From positions 10,602,001 through 10,666,000 of the forward strand of contig OZ004612.1 in assembly GCA_963924565.1 (NCBI GenBank): a DNA stretch of 64,000 nt, read 5' to 3'. The position numbers and the translations under genes are program-made. The DNA comes from Ascidiella aspersa. Taxonomy: Eukaryota. The notes below the pieces were generated by a model. It was not told the origin of the DNA. It searched no databases and saw only the letters and a list, made by a program, of their open reading frames with translations. Below, piece after piece: positions 1 through 13,171 of this stretch (positions within the stretch are counted from its first letter, which is position 1; each line of letters opens with the position of its first letter).

Positions 1-89
1 AATGCATTTCAATACAAATAGCAAGTCCACAATGGCATGATAATTCTTTGCCAAATATCATTCGTGGTGGCGAATGGAATTTAATCGCT

Positions 90-449
90 CTACTTTTCAG
101 CAGAAGCAAGGGGGTTCTTCAGAACTATGATGACTGAATCCCCTCGCAAGAACATTTTGCTGATAAATCTGTCCCTGTTGACTGGCTGCTGTTTCTTTTT
201 TCCCTTTCCCTTCTTTGGGGCCTCGGTCCACATTTCCTTAACATTTTCCAAAACCATGTTGCAATGTCGGTCAAAAGCCTTCACTCTGGCCAGCAACTTT
301 CGGTTGTTTCGGCAATTGATGAGGATCTGAGTGTTGTTCTTTACCGAGTCTGTAAGAACGGAGAGAGGTCCAGTTTGAAATTCTTCCTTTTCAAGCTGTT
401 CAAGCTCGTCGGAAGTAAGCTCACTTTTTGCTTTTCCCTGCAGCGCCAT
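90..449 (-). CDS. SNRPD2: Small nuclear ribonucleoprotein Sm D2 (single-exon CDS, 119 aa)
   Basis: ORF contains [44 protein letters not shown] and [21 protein letters not shown], matching the invariant SmD2 sequence. A pyrimidine tract plus AG acceptor lies about 55 nt upstream of the ATG. Confidence 0.97.
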   Translation of the reverse strand: MALQGKAKSELTSDELEQLEKEEFQTGPLSVLTDSVKNNTQILINCRNNRKLLARVKAFDRHCNMVLENVKEMWTEAPKKGKGKKKQQPVNRDRFISKMFLRGDSVIIVLKNPLASAEK

Positions 450-2406
450 TGTTTATTAAATGTTGCGTAATAGAAAACTTTGTCAGTCAAAGTTATAGAA
501 AATCTGTTTAAAAAAACAAAAATTAATGCCACAAAAATTGCTTTGGAATAACACTACATGGACTCAATGCTCAGTCTACAGCAATTGTTATCTAACCTAA
601 AATGCGGAGCAAACAAGACATGCTTTTAGATTTTTAACTTTATTACTGAGCGGTTTATATCAAAATTTAAAACAGTGCACAAGCAACAAATTAAAAACAA
701 TCACTGTAGTAGGCCAAACATAAAGAACACATATACCTCAAAAAGAACATCGCATGTTGGCACAATAGATCTGCATAGTTTTATGGTAACACATATTACA
801 ACATGTGCTTTCTTAAGTTTCACCTTTGTTGGGCAATTAAAGGGTTTCTTTAAGTTTACAAATTTGTTTGATTTTATCAGTAAATTGGTTGCAAATTTTA
901 TCAACTTTATTGTTTGAATTTATCAGTTAATACCAATATAATACAGCAAAAAAATAATATTATTAGGCATTTATAGGCAATAAATATAACAAAAACTGAA
1001 GATTTTAAAGTATAAATTTTAAAGATCAGCCGTTAAAGCATAATAGACCATAAACAAATATTGGGAGACATTATGCAAGAACTTATGTTTTTTTCTTTTC
1101 AAACTATTTCGGTAATAAATCAATACTCACAAATATATAAAATAACAGAAAACAACAGCAAAGAAAGCTGTGCATTGGTTGGGTCTTGCAATATAGACCA
1201 GCGCCCCATTTTATTTGTTTTGAATTTTAAAAGAAATGTAAGCACTCTCGAGAAACTCTTATTTAAACTTGAAGAAAACTAATACATTTAACGTAAAGCT
1301 AACGATTCGCGCCCGGTTCATTTTTTGTCTTACGCATGTAGTTTTACATATCCAATGAGACGAACCACTTTTTAAACAAATGTGAAGAGCACCCGGTGTA
1401 TTAATAAAGTGCAGACCATTCATCTCTGAAAGCCTTTAAAAACTTAAAATTATATTAAATATTTTAATCAAGCTTACAGGTATATAAGTTGGAATGAAAC
1501 TTGATGAGATTGTTACTATTATTATACTCTCATCATCTCACGCGATTTAGTGTTTTGGTAGAAGCACAAATATTATAACAAAAATGGACTAGGTTTATGA
1601 GCTTATACTTAAAAATTCTAATCATTTTAGACTTTAAGTTGTACAAATTCAAGCGATAATTTTAACTGGTCATTTCTGTTGGTCTAGCTGCCTGATTTTT
1701 GTTAACTGTTTGCTCAGAAATGCACTAATTTCTGACAGATCGGGTGCTCGTTTTTTAGCACTCAGTTTAGAGTGGCAAACAGAGGTTTGATTATAACCGT
1801 TGGCTTTGTTTATTTTTATAACATATAAGTGCAGAAAACGCATTTGTTAAGTTGACAAAACTTTTATTGCAGAGTTCTATGTTGCGCACGGGGCCTAGGC
1901 TAAAAGGATGCTCCCAAAGTGCGAATACACGGCAAATAAGCTTCACAAGAAGCACAAATATGTTGCTATTGCGTAGTTGCTTGTCAAATATGTAAAAATA
2001 CAGTTTAAAAAGATGCGATAGCCGTTTAGGACATATTATAAGTTTTTCCGACTAACTACTAGGCCACTGTTACCTCCGCAGAATAGACAGGGAAGGAAGG
2101 GACTAAAAATTATACTGGCCTTGATGAGAGACGTAGGCGGTCTCTGACAAAGACAGTGCAGAGTATATAAACAGACACGAGAAGAAGGCGATATAAATAG
2201 AATATAAGCAAAAAATATCGTTTTGCAGATAAAGTTACCGCAAGACAGAGGTAGAGTCGCTACAGCCGCGTGCAGTTTTATTTGTAACAATCATGTAAAA
2301 AAATTAAAGCATAGATATATCTTCGAGCCAAATTCCTTAATCAAAGGAGATGGCGTCATCAAAAGAGCGTTAAGTTCCCGATGGCTTTTCTATAAAGTCA
2401 TTTCGA

Positions 2407-5400
2407 CTATTTGCGTGTCAAAAAAGCAAACATTGACGCTTTTTTGATTAGCTTTCTCCAGGCATGTTTAGACGCGGCTCCGTGACAGCAGTAAAGATAA
2501 AAAATGAACACTCCTTGAAGTCCGTTGACTGCCACGTGGATGGATGAAAACGCGATCGAGGCTCTGCTTGATGGCAAGCCTAAAAGTTTGAAAATTACAA
2601 GCTTTAGGGCTAGGCTATACGAGGTCCGTATTAAATGACGACAGTATTTGGACTTAAGTTATTTCGCGAATGACTTACTTGGCTGGGAGTTAAACTCATT
2701 TCAAAATGAATTGTTTAGAGCACTGCGAAATATGATAAACTAACTGCATTTTAACACGATAAGTACGGTAGCTAAAGTTTGTTCTATAGGTCGAATTAGA
2801 ACACCTTTAAACATAAATTATCATGTAATATCAGCATTTATGCGTCAACAGTATGCCTGGCACCTATTTTAGTACTAATTCGAAAAGAGTGAATCAGCAC
2901 TAATTAATAGACAAATCACCTGATAGAAAACCAAAGATCCATCCTATTCCCAAAACCGGCAGGAGAGTGAGCACCGCTTTAAGGCTTAACTCCACGTGGT
3001 GAATCGCCTGGTGATTCCGCTCTTCTTCGGGCTTGAACTTGTTCGCGTCCACGCTTTTGCCGTAGACAAAGTAGGCGACATGGCCTACGATGAATGAGTT
3101 TATCAGCGACAGTACCAGCAGTGGTGCCATCAGGCTGCTCACGTACAATGCGGTTGACTGTGAATTGACCAGGCAGTGGAGGTACTTTCGGAAATGATAC
3201 GGGTCCCGGGCGACGCCGCTGTTATTTCGATGATCCACCGATGTCTCGATCATGTTGCGGAAGAACGGATTGATCTCCATGTAAGTTCCGTCTAGAAAGC
3301 ACCAAGCGTCATTTAACTGAGGCCTACAAACATATACCCAAGGGGTAAACGAAGTTTGTTTGCAAACACAATATTTTCAGCGATAAAATTAGTTTTCCTT
3401 TTCAGGAAAAAACGCTTGTAGCGATTTTTAAATTTCAGGGGGTAAAAAAATAAAAAGGCGATTTTTATATTTTTTATTTGTTTCAAATAAAATATTTGGC
3501 AATTGAATAATGTTAAAAAAAGACAGAAGGTCGTGCTTCGATTTGTTTCTACTTAACAAGCATGTAACACAGTTTCATACATTTAATTAAAATCTTACTC
3601 AAGTGGCCGATTGTAGCCGCAATAACAACAATAACCGCAGGGGTTCCCCATCCCAAAAGAAGGCGCGAAACGTCCCAGCTTCGACGGTTCATAGCCTTCA
3701 TGCAATTGAAGAACGACTTCGATGTCTTTGAACTTAATGTCAATCCTTCATTCAGCATCCAGAATCCTAAATTGAGAGCTTTTGTATATGTGTAGTATAC
3801 TGAAAACGTCGGTACCGGTATAGGCCTTTAAACGTATGTAATAGACCTTTTATTGACAGCAAATAGAGTTTCAAAAAGTTGTATTGTGAACTGGTGGCGT
3901 TCATACTATTTAGGCTACTGAAGAAGCGTACCATTTTGGTAGAGCTGTCATGTCAATGCATGCTATTGAGTTAAACTAAGCATTACAAAATCGAGTTGAT
4001 AAAGTTTTTATTTTGGTTTAAATAATGGAAAACATGTCATTCCTGTTTGTCAACACTATAGTTATTTAATAAATATGCTGTTGCTACCAGGCATAGTATA
4101 TTTAAAACAGGTTCCTCTGGCAATATATATTATTTTCTACCAACGTTTCGGCTTACTATCCGGCAAGCCTTCGTCAGGGACTGACACACAAAGCCAACAA
4201 TTTTATTTTACTTTGCGTCTTGTTGGCTTTGTGTGTCAGTCCCTGACGAAGGCTTGCCGGATAGTAAGCCGAAACGTTGGTAGAAAATAATATATATTGC
4301 CAGAGGAACCTGTTTTAAATATACTATAGTAATTTATCAAAGCTAAGCCCATAACCTTAAAGCAGTGTTTCTCAACCTTTGTTGGCAACGACCTAAATAC
4401 AAAGCGTAAAGATAACAGCGAAACTTTTGAGACCAATTCTTTTCACTGAACTTTTTTATAAGCGAAAATATTAGAATAAATTAGATCAAATTAAATTAAT
4501 AAAAGGCATGTCTTTGTATTGCTTCCTCAATTTTTACAATTATTTAAGAATTATTCCCACAACCAAAAGCAATTTATCCAAACATATAAAACAAACTGCA
4601 GTCGGCGACCCAACCAAATTAACCGGCAACACATTTGCTTTAAACGACAGATTTACATGTTGTGCAATGAGACCGCTTTTCCGTTTAGAAACACTGCCTT
4701 AAGAATTTCTGAAAATTTTAGACCAAACTGTTAGCCTTAAGAGAATGCCGGCTACCAACCACACCTGAAGCGAGCAGAAAGTAATGGGTGGTTATCGCTT
4801 CAATTTCGCACGCAGTGGCGCTGCGGAGCGCCAGGTCGTGCATCAGTTTGAAGGCGTAAAAGAGAAGAAGTGCCAGGGCCAGATTGACTTGAACCAGAAG
4901 GCGGTCGCCCGAGTAGGACTTGCGCATTACCAGTAGGTATATGACAGTGATGAGCAGGCAAAACACGGACAGGCCGACAGCAACGAAAGAAGCTATCTGC
5001 GAATTAAAAACTTTGATTATAAACTCCCATTTCGCAGGAGACGTTGCATTGTGATTACGGGCGACAAAAACGTAGCACGAAAGTGTTGCAACAGGTGATG
5101 GTCTACGCAAAGTGTTGCACCAAGCATACACTTATCCTTATGCTGAATCATTTAAAAATATTTCGATTAGTTATTATTCAAATAGACCCCGACTTAGAAA
5201 AATAATGCCATATTTTTGCCATATTTAGCGTTATTATAAAAATCAGTTTGTCGAGCCAGAGATTCACACTGTCATGGTGGTTAATTAACTGGATTTACAT
5301 GTAATGAGGAAATCCTAAATATTAAATCCTAAAAAAGAATGCTTAGTGATGCGTTGAAATGTAATGAAAACTCGCAAAACGTGAAATAGTTATTATGGGT

Positions 5401-8400
5401 TATTAATAACTGGTTCAGTCCATGAAAGTATTTCCGTACAAGAGTTTGAAAATGAAACAAAGTAACCGAAATAACCTTCGTAATAAATGTGACGTGATAG
5501 GCGGGCATTTGTGTTGTGTTGATATTATAGCTAACAATTGCAAACATTTGTTTGTGTCTGTAAGTTGGATCAGATAACGATAACATACATTGAAAAACAT
5601 TTGTTTAAAAACGGTTACATTGAAAACATAACGATTCGTTTAACAAGCGAATAAAATACATACCAAAACAGCAAAAAGAATCTTTAAAACCAAAAGGAAA
5701 TAAAAAATACTGTTCTAACAACAAAACAAAAAATAACATTATAGAAAACGCATTTTTAAAATAAATATACAGCAAGCTTGGATAAGCAAATCCTTTAAAT
5801 AAATCAGTAGTTCTTAAAGTTTTTTTTGACGCCTTTAAAACATTTATAGGACTTGCTACTAGGGATGTTCAAAATAGAATCCCAAGGTATTCTAGAATAA
5901 TAGGTTTCGAATCTAGAATAACGAATCCAGAATAGCGAATCCTAGTATATTTTTATTAAATTATTTAGCCTCGATTTTGTTTGGGGAAGAGGTTAATCTT
6001 TATCTACCTTACAGGGCCCACAATCACAGCAATAAATCGCCCAAACAATTTGCTAACATGTGTACATTATAATTAAAAAAAATCTCCCATTTACATTCTT
6101 AACAACTGTCATCTGAAGCCGTTCTGTTAACTGTAATATGTCAACTGTCCAGGCTGTGTCCAAAACTTATATTTTTGCCAATAGTGAGTACATATGCAAC
6201 ACTGCACGCAGAACTATTTAGCAATTCGGTCGTGTTTTTTCAAGCATTGTTGGGTCTTAGGGCTTCTTTTTTGACTAACATGATCTGTTATGCAGCCAAA
6301 TAATGTACTGCAAAGAATACAGAGTTACTATTGACTTTAGCCGCTCGCCCAATAACGCTTGATTGACGCTTAATTATTAGACGAATGTTACCGCGAGACG
6401 CGGTAATTGGTCGCCCGAAAAAACGCTGTACTACGAGGTTACATTTAAAGCAACCACTACAAATTGGTCGCCGCAGCGACAGGCCAACTTTCCACACGCG
6501 TTTGTACAATTAGTCGCAGCAACAATCGACGATAAAACATTAAATTATATCTGTTCCAATTACCCGAAATAAACGGCAGAATGGGAAGGATTCGATATTC
6601 TACTTTGAACATCCCTACTTGCTACAAACCCAACGATATAGGGATTGTGCTAATTCTCATTTATTGGTTTGTGCACATGCCTGGGGATAATAATAATATA
6701 TATTAAACAGTTTATAACCGCAGTTGAGCATTTATATTCGTAACGCCTTTGATAATAATAATTAAAAAGGCGCACCCTAGCAGAGCGTCGCGACGCACAG
6801 TTTGTGAAATTAACAGAACACAAAAAAGAATCCGACTCTACAAAATAACAAGACTAAATGTAGAGCGATACCTACAAACGGTTTACCTTTATGCCGTGCG
6901 GTATGGAGTGTCGGTGGAAGGCGAGTATTACGGCGAACATGGTGGTGTGGTTGCACTTGCATCTCACCCGCCCGTCCACTACCCTTGCCTCAGCACAGCC
7001 CCGAGTTGCCATCTCCGCGACGTCGTGGTCGATAAAGGTGCAGCGGTACTCGATCTGCGTCACCGTCTCGTCTCCTCCCATCTGCCGCGCGTACTCGTCC
7101 GCGCACGAGTCGCCGCGCACGTCAGCCGAGTAGACGAGTTTCGAAGAACGCGCGGCCCGCATGCCTCTCGTCTCGGAGTAGGCCGAAGCCGAAAGCAGCG
7201 TGGCGCCAGTCGGTAGCCTGAAGGCCACTTTTTCCGGCTCGCTTTTGGGCAGAAAAAGCGACAAGTTGCTCAAGGGCAGGTTAATTTCCGCCAGAACCGC
7301 GACGAAGCCTCTTTTTCGTTTCGTTATTGCCTCGAAGCTTTCAACAGCCATGCGGGTAAAATTGGCAGACGCGTTTCGCGAGCGAACCACGCAAATTGCC
7401 ATGGCCGGTATCGTCCCCTCGCTGAAGTTCCGGCCCGGCCGAGCCCTGGCCATATCTTCGAGGCCCTTGTGGACCCGCCTGAGTTTACCGGACAGTTGGA
7501 CGGCCGATTCCGCTTGACCCGGGTAGAGAATTTCACGCGTTACCTTGTAAAGTTCAGCAAACGAAAAGTAGTCCGGTCGAAAAAAACCTGCGAAAAAACA
7601 TTGTACTTCAGTCGTTTGCTGAATACGTGTCGTGTCCTTTACCCTCTTCTGTACTAACCTGCGGCACCGCCTCGTATATGTTTAGGCCTGACAGCGCTCA
7701 CTCTTTGTTTTTCTGCAAAAATAATAAAATTAGAATCGTTGCTGTTTTTTGCAAACAGACTAGGAACGGTATAAACAACTTTAAGTGGAACACCTTAGGC
7801 CCAGTCTGGAGGATATGTAATTAGTAATAACGAAACAAAACATTTTCATTGTAAAATTGGTTTTATTTTCCTTTCACAAGTAAAGTAGTACATTCATAGT
7901 TGGGGTTTTTATCTTACGAGCCGCTTTTTTAAGCTCATGTTGGGTGTATTTTGGATGAAAACAAGTATTGAGTAATTTTTTAAAATTAATGAACAGAAGT
8001 ATACAGTCACTGGTGCTTCGACGCCATGTCACGAGACAACGGTTTTTATATAGTCATGCTCCTCAAAATACATATTAGCAGACCCGCCATTAATGTCCAT
8101 ATTTATTTCTCGGAAATAAAGCGACCCGACATGAGTAGCGCCTAATTAAGCTGTTGTAGCGAACTTTCGAATGTCGCATCATGCTTTCTATATAGTTTTA
8201 ATTTAGTAATGCCATAATAATAGTCACTGTGGCTAAACATTCAGAGGTAATACCTCAAATTAAAAACTCCGTAAATTGCAATTTTTGTATCCCGTATTTG
8301 CCACAGAGACCCCGAAATATCTTTCTATACATGTTGAAATGGCAGTTTTAATTAATTCAGTCAATAAGGCCGTTAAGCAACACTTTTATAAAGGGCTGGA

Positions 8401-10456
8401 AAATTACAATATTGATCTGAACAATAACAAATTTTGCGTTGAAAATTTTTATGCATTGAAAACGTGCAAAGCATCATCTCAACGCACCATGTTTTGTCAC
8501 AAACACTTGGATTCAACTTACCACAGAGAAAACGCTTGTTGGAATCGCAGGTTTCATAAGTAAGCCCCACAGATGTTAACTTGGCGCATCGTTTTCGGTA
8601 ATCCGCTTGGTTTCTTGATAAAAGATTGGGATTTTTCGCTTCTGAAAAGGAAATGTAAACATGTTTGCCTTTCGACTGAGTTAATTGCTAGGTTATCGTC
8701 TAAATTTGCCCCACACATTTATTAAAGCGTTGGCGCAACAGGGCTTCTAATAGGAATGTTAGATAATATAAAATCGTAGCATGATGCCAATCAGTATAGG
8801 ACCAATCTGATACTAAGGAGGTATCGGTCATGATTTGCGATTTAAAGTGTGATTGCTATTCTTTGAAATAAATTTATCAAAAGTTATACAGAATGACAAT
8901 TATATTGAGTAACCTAAACATCGTAACAAATTTTGGCCAAATATTTTGTCACAAATGACCTTCAAGCGTTTCAATTTTATCTATTTTGCTGGTTTGAACA
9001 TATGGTGTTGTACCAGATCGGACCGCGGTACTTCTGGTCTTAATTAATAGGCTCCTGCTTTTGTTAGAAATAGTTCGGCACAAAAGGAAACTTACCGACC
9101 CAAGTTTGTTGAACGTTTCCAATTTCTTCAAAACAGCTCGCAATTTTAAATATTTGATCTGTACTGAATATCGATGGAAGGTGACCTCCTCTGCTTTCGC
9201 ACACTTGCTCTGCACCCGTCTTTACCGTGACGTCATTCGTTGTGAAGTACATTGCGTCTAATACAATATGGCAGTTTAGGTTAGTAATTACAAAATGGCA
9301 GCGGTGAGTTTTTATGCTTTTAAGCCCATTCAAAAAAGAATAACAATTTTAAAGATACCTATGCTCTAAGATGCGTTTGCAAAGGACAGTAAACTTGTAA
9401 ATACAAATTGTAATTAGTGGTCATTAGCGTTCAAAATGATATATTAAGTTTACACTTTGTGATTCTCTCATCATCTCCCATAAGTTTTATGTGTTCAAAA
9501 CAATAAATAAAAATAGGCACTGTATTACCCATGAGCGTTGTGAATTGTTGTTTAATGAAAGTTTAAGCTAATAATTTTCTGTTTGTTACAGCATTTTGTT
9601 ACTTACCGTAGATTGGTCCACACGCAGATTGGCACTCTTCTTTTGTTAAGTTAAATTGCATGCATTCTAAAAAAAAATAATTGTGAACTTAGGTTTCAGT
9701 ACACAAACTGGTTGTTATGTTTTGTTTACTGTATTTCTAGTTTTCTAATTTCTGGTAATTATAAAAACCTGATGACACAGATGCGGTATAAATCTAAATT
9801 GTTCTTACTATCATTTTACTCAACAGTCAAAATGGAGGCACATGATCTAACAAAGCGATGTCAAACATGCAACCAGCAAAAATCCAAATATCTAATATTA
9901 AAAATTGAGAAAATAAAACGGTGCACCATGAAAGGTTGTCAGGTGCGTCGCTGACGAATAGAAAAAAAACATAATTTATATATTTTTTTTAATTGTTTTA
10001 CTTTTTCGTTCGGTTTAGTTCATTGAGCATACAACACTTTAAAGAATGTAGGTTACAACTATAAGGCATAAAAAAAAACTTGCAAGAAATTCAACAGAAC
10101 TACCGGCTTATTTTCCAGAATGTGCGTTTTTTTCGAATTTCAGCCAAAAATTGTAAGAAACGCAGCGTTAATATTGATTGTAAAACGATTTTTGTTTTAT
10201 AGTTTTGTTAGTATTCTTCCGGCGAAGTACTCAAACATTCCACGAGATCCTCATTAGGACTTGAGTTGGACATCCCTGAATTAATATACCATATTTTACC
10301 TATAGATCCAAATAGTTTCTATACTCTTGAAACAGTTTCACCATATTAAAAAAACTTACCTTCGACATCAGGAATCATTGCAAAGGACAACTGAAAGAAA
10401 AGGCAACTAAAAAGTAATTTTGCCGTTTTCGTAAACGTGAAGATAAATCGTGACAT
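2407..10456 (-). CDS. Adhesion GPCR with signal peptide, C-type lectin-like domain, GAIN/GPS and 7TM; 10 exons: 10456-10360, 9666-9607, 9257-9096, 8641-8522, 7712-7659, 7587-6887, 4996-4765, 3766-3599, 3291-2920, 2579-2407
   Basis: All exons have GT-AG boundaries with compatible phases. CTLD-like AEQVCESRGGHLPSI..WV and C..TYETCDSNKRFLC; GPS motif GC..CKCNHTTMFAVIL; family-B/adhesion TM signatures VQVNLALAL, HYFLLASGFWMLNEG, LGWGTPAVIV, LLPVLGIGWIFG, VNGLQGVFIFYLYC. Confidence 0.9.
4093..4327. repeat. Perfect inverted repeat (arms 4093-4200 and 4220-4327, 108 bp each, 19-nt spacer); probable Penelope-like element pLTR remnant
   Basis: The arms are exact reverse complements on base-by-base reading. 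Each carries a hammerhead core. A flanking 13/14 direct repeat is present: actatagttattta (4055-4068) / actatagtaattta (4323-4336). Confidence 0.9.
4241..4280 (+). ncRNA. Minimal type I hammerhead-ribozyme-like motif (mirror copy on - strand at about 4140-4179)
   Basis: CTGACGA(A) 4243-4250, helix II ggcttgc/gtaagcc (7 bp with one G-U) around a cggata loop, then GAAAC-GTT 4271-4278. Helices I and III are minimal or weak. Confidence 0.65.
4363..4696. mobile_element. Non-autonomous hAT (Buster/Charlie-like) MITE in aGPCR intron
   Basis: TIR cagtgtttct/agaaacactg; degenerate TSD ccttaaag/ccttaaga. Confidence 0.7.
5860..6617. mobile_element. Non-autonomous hAT (Ac-like termini) element in aGPCR intron
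   Basis: 21-bp TIR tagggatgttcaaaatagaat with 1 mismatch; perfect 8-bp TSD cttgctac (5852-5859, 6618-6625); subterminal gaatc/agaata repeats. Confidence 0.9.
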
Positions 10457-10758
10457 CTTTCTAATTAATGTCAATAACTTGCTTTTATTCTTGCTTGGAA
10501 GGCGATTTTAAAACTAGTATTCACGTCCCACAGTGTATAAAAGCTCTCTGTTCGAATTCTGTATTTAAAAAACGCACACTAATTCAGTTATCTAAAACAG
10601 GCGCCGTAGGGGCACGAACATGTTGATTTTTCATTTAAAGGAAACCTAAAAATAAAATAATGATTCCGGAGTTAGACTGTAACGAAGAAAGGCGTTAGGA
10701 GACTTCCTATGCAAATCACATCACGACGTCTGACGTATCATAATGTGTCAAGCATATT

Positions 10759-13171
10759 TAGGCTTGCCATACGTCCCGGTTTAGCCGGGACAGTCCCGGT
10801 TTTAAGGCCTTGTCTTGGTGTCCCGCCCGGTTAACCAATTTGTCCCGGATTTTTCAATTTTAGATTTACAAAAAAAAAAATAAAACTGTAAAAACTCTTA
10901 AGTTAGCCATTTAGCAATTCTTTCTCAAAACTAAGTAATACTTTCTACTATTTATTAAAACTTTTTACTTTTCATTTTTTACTTTCAAGCAAATTTTTTT
11001 AACATTAATTAATTATTTTTCCAGCGGGTGTTAAGAAATATTTTTCTGGGGGTAAGGTTGTTGAGGTTTTTTTCTTTTTTGTGTGTGGTGAGTAAAAAAA
11101 TTGAATGGATATTATCCGGCGGGTGCTGGCAAATTTTTATACAAGAAATTTTTTTCACGTATGACGCAGTTTGGTGCCGGTATTATTTGCTCGAATATTA
11201 CGCAAGTCTAAATAATTGCTGTTACAACTTAAAGGTTAACGTTTGTTAGTAATTCTGGATCGATAAATGTCATCATTACAAATTAAATTGAAGTCATAAC
11301 ATACTGATTGCCTCAATAGAAATAAGTTTTAATGTTTGCAACTTAAGACTTATATGTTTAAAAACTTCTTGTTGTCTGTTATTCGCGCAAAATTTAGCTA
11401 GAATTATTCGCATTTAATGCGGCGGTTTTAATTGTAACCTATTTTCAGTTTCAACAGAGATATTGCTTATGTTGGACGCAATATGGTACAAGGATTACGT
11501 TTCACGTTTGTGAGTGCTTCCAAAAGTGCTTTATGGACATACTTTGTTGCATTGTATAAAACAACTGTGTGTGAAGATAGCAACTTAATCTCAAAAAACG
11601 AAGAATTGAATTTGTTTATTTAAGAATTTGTTTATTTATTTGGACGCAGTATGGTACCAGGATTACGTATTTGCTGAATATCACGCAATGCGAACAATGG
11701 CTGCTATACAACTTAAGGTTTTACGTTATTGAGTGGTTCCCTATTGATATATGTCACTGGTTTTCGTTACGTAAAAGATGTTTGACGTGCTTAGCCGTTG
11801 GGTATTTAGTCGTTTCGATGCAAATAAGCACACATTATTTGGAATTTGGTTTCACAAAATGTAAAATTTTAGTTTGCGAAGACGAAGAATTAGATGTTTT
11901 ACAGTTACGCAGATAAATGCGATAATTTATTAACACGCCATCCGATTAAATGCTGCTTCCACACAGGCTAAAGAATGTGACTCCATTTGTGGGGAATCGT
12001 TTATTTAACACAGGGTTTCCCAAACTTTTTTGGACCATGGACCACTATTTGTGAATCTTATTTTTCGCGGACCGCAATACAAGGCAAAAAAAATAAAACC
12101 GAATTTTATTACAAAACATAAATCATTAATTTTCGGAGTTATTTGTGAAAGGCAAACTCGTAAGTCAGAGACACGGAAAGTCTTCCACACATTTTTGCGT
12201 ATAGGCAAACGGTTGGAATGATCTCAACAAAACCGCAAATTCTGAATGGCGATAAGAATATATTATTACGTCATAGACGAGAAATACGTTAATTTTTCGT
12301 AAACAACTTTTTGACTAGAACGAAGGCGCAACAAGTAACATTTACGATACTGGATAGCAAAAGCTTTCGAAATCATTAAGTTGTGAATAACTGCGGCAAC
12401 TATCTTTAAAAGGGTACTTATGTGTGACTTTTCAATTTCTCGTCATATCGCCACAGACCACCAGTCCAGTCGTCGCGGACCACAGTTTGGGAAACCCTGA
12501 TTTAACCCGGTTCAGACACAATAAGCAAAAAAATAGTCAAGGAACGACCAACATATATGCTGTATAACAATTAACTATTAGAGAAATTAAAATGTTTTAT
12601 TTAAAAAAAATTAAAATGTTTACAACTTTACATATTATTTAACCTACAAGCCAGGATATTAGGCTGTCTGTAACATTGCTTTTTAGTAACATGGTAAATA
12701 ACCTTTTTAAATCATCGGCAAAAATATGCGGCTCAAGCAAATGACGCAAGGTACAACATAATATGTAATAGTTTTCAGAGGCAAACTTGATGGAATCCTA
12801 CATTTTGTTCAACTTATACTTAAGAAAGATTTGGTTCGGGAATACCAATTTGTACACAGCGCCTTTGCCAACATGTACGGCCTAATATTGTTGCTGCTTT
12901 CACGAGGGCCGCATCCCACTCTAATTGTAGAAAGTATTTACCCGACTCATTTTATTCACAATACAGAACATTACTTTCGGTTAGAATTTAAATTACTTAG
13001 ACAAACCACCCTTAAAAATAGGGCCCTGAAAAATAACCCCTGACAAAATATAACGGCAACCCCGTTAAGTAAATTATTTACATTAAATTATTCTATATAA
13101 GATCTACATCAAGTTTATTTGCAGTTTCAATATGCGTCCCGGATTGACGTTCCTAAAAAATGGCAAGCCTA
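10759..13171. mobile_element. 2.4-kb non-autonomous hAT (Blackjack-like termini) just upstream of the aGPCR start
   Basis: TIR taggcttgccat/atggcaagccta; perfect 8-bp TSD agcatatt (10751-10758, 13172-13179); subterminal gtcccgg repeats; second partial copy at 40445-41308. Confidence 0.92.
12011..12499. mobile_element. Buster/Charlie-like hAT MITE nested in the 10759-13171 element
   Basis: 16-bp TIR cagggtttcccaaact/agtttgggaaaccctg; TSD atttaaca/atttaacc; ggaccac subterminal repeats. Confidence 0.88.

Noticed and set aside
6749-7657. Plus-strand ORFs of 62-155 aa (6749-7216, 6891-7133, 7200-7517, 7469-7657)
   Set aside because: Antisense shadows of the GC-rich GAIN exon, with no independent motifs.
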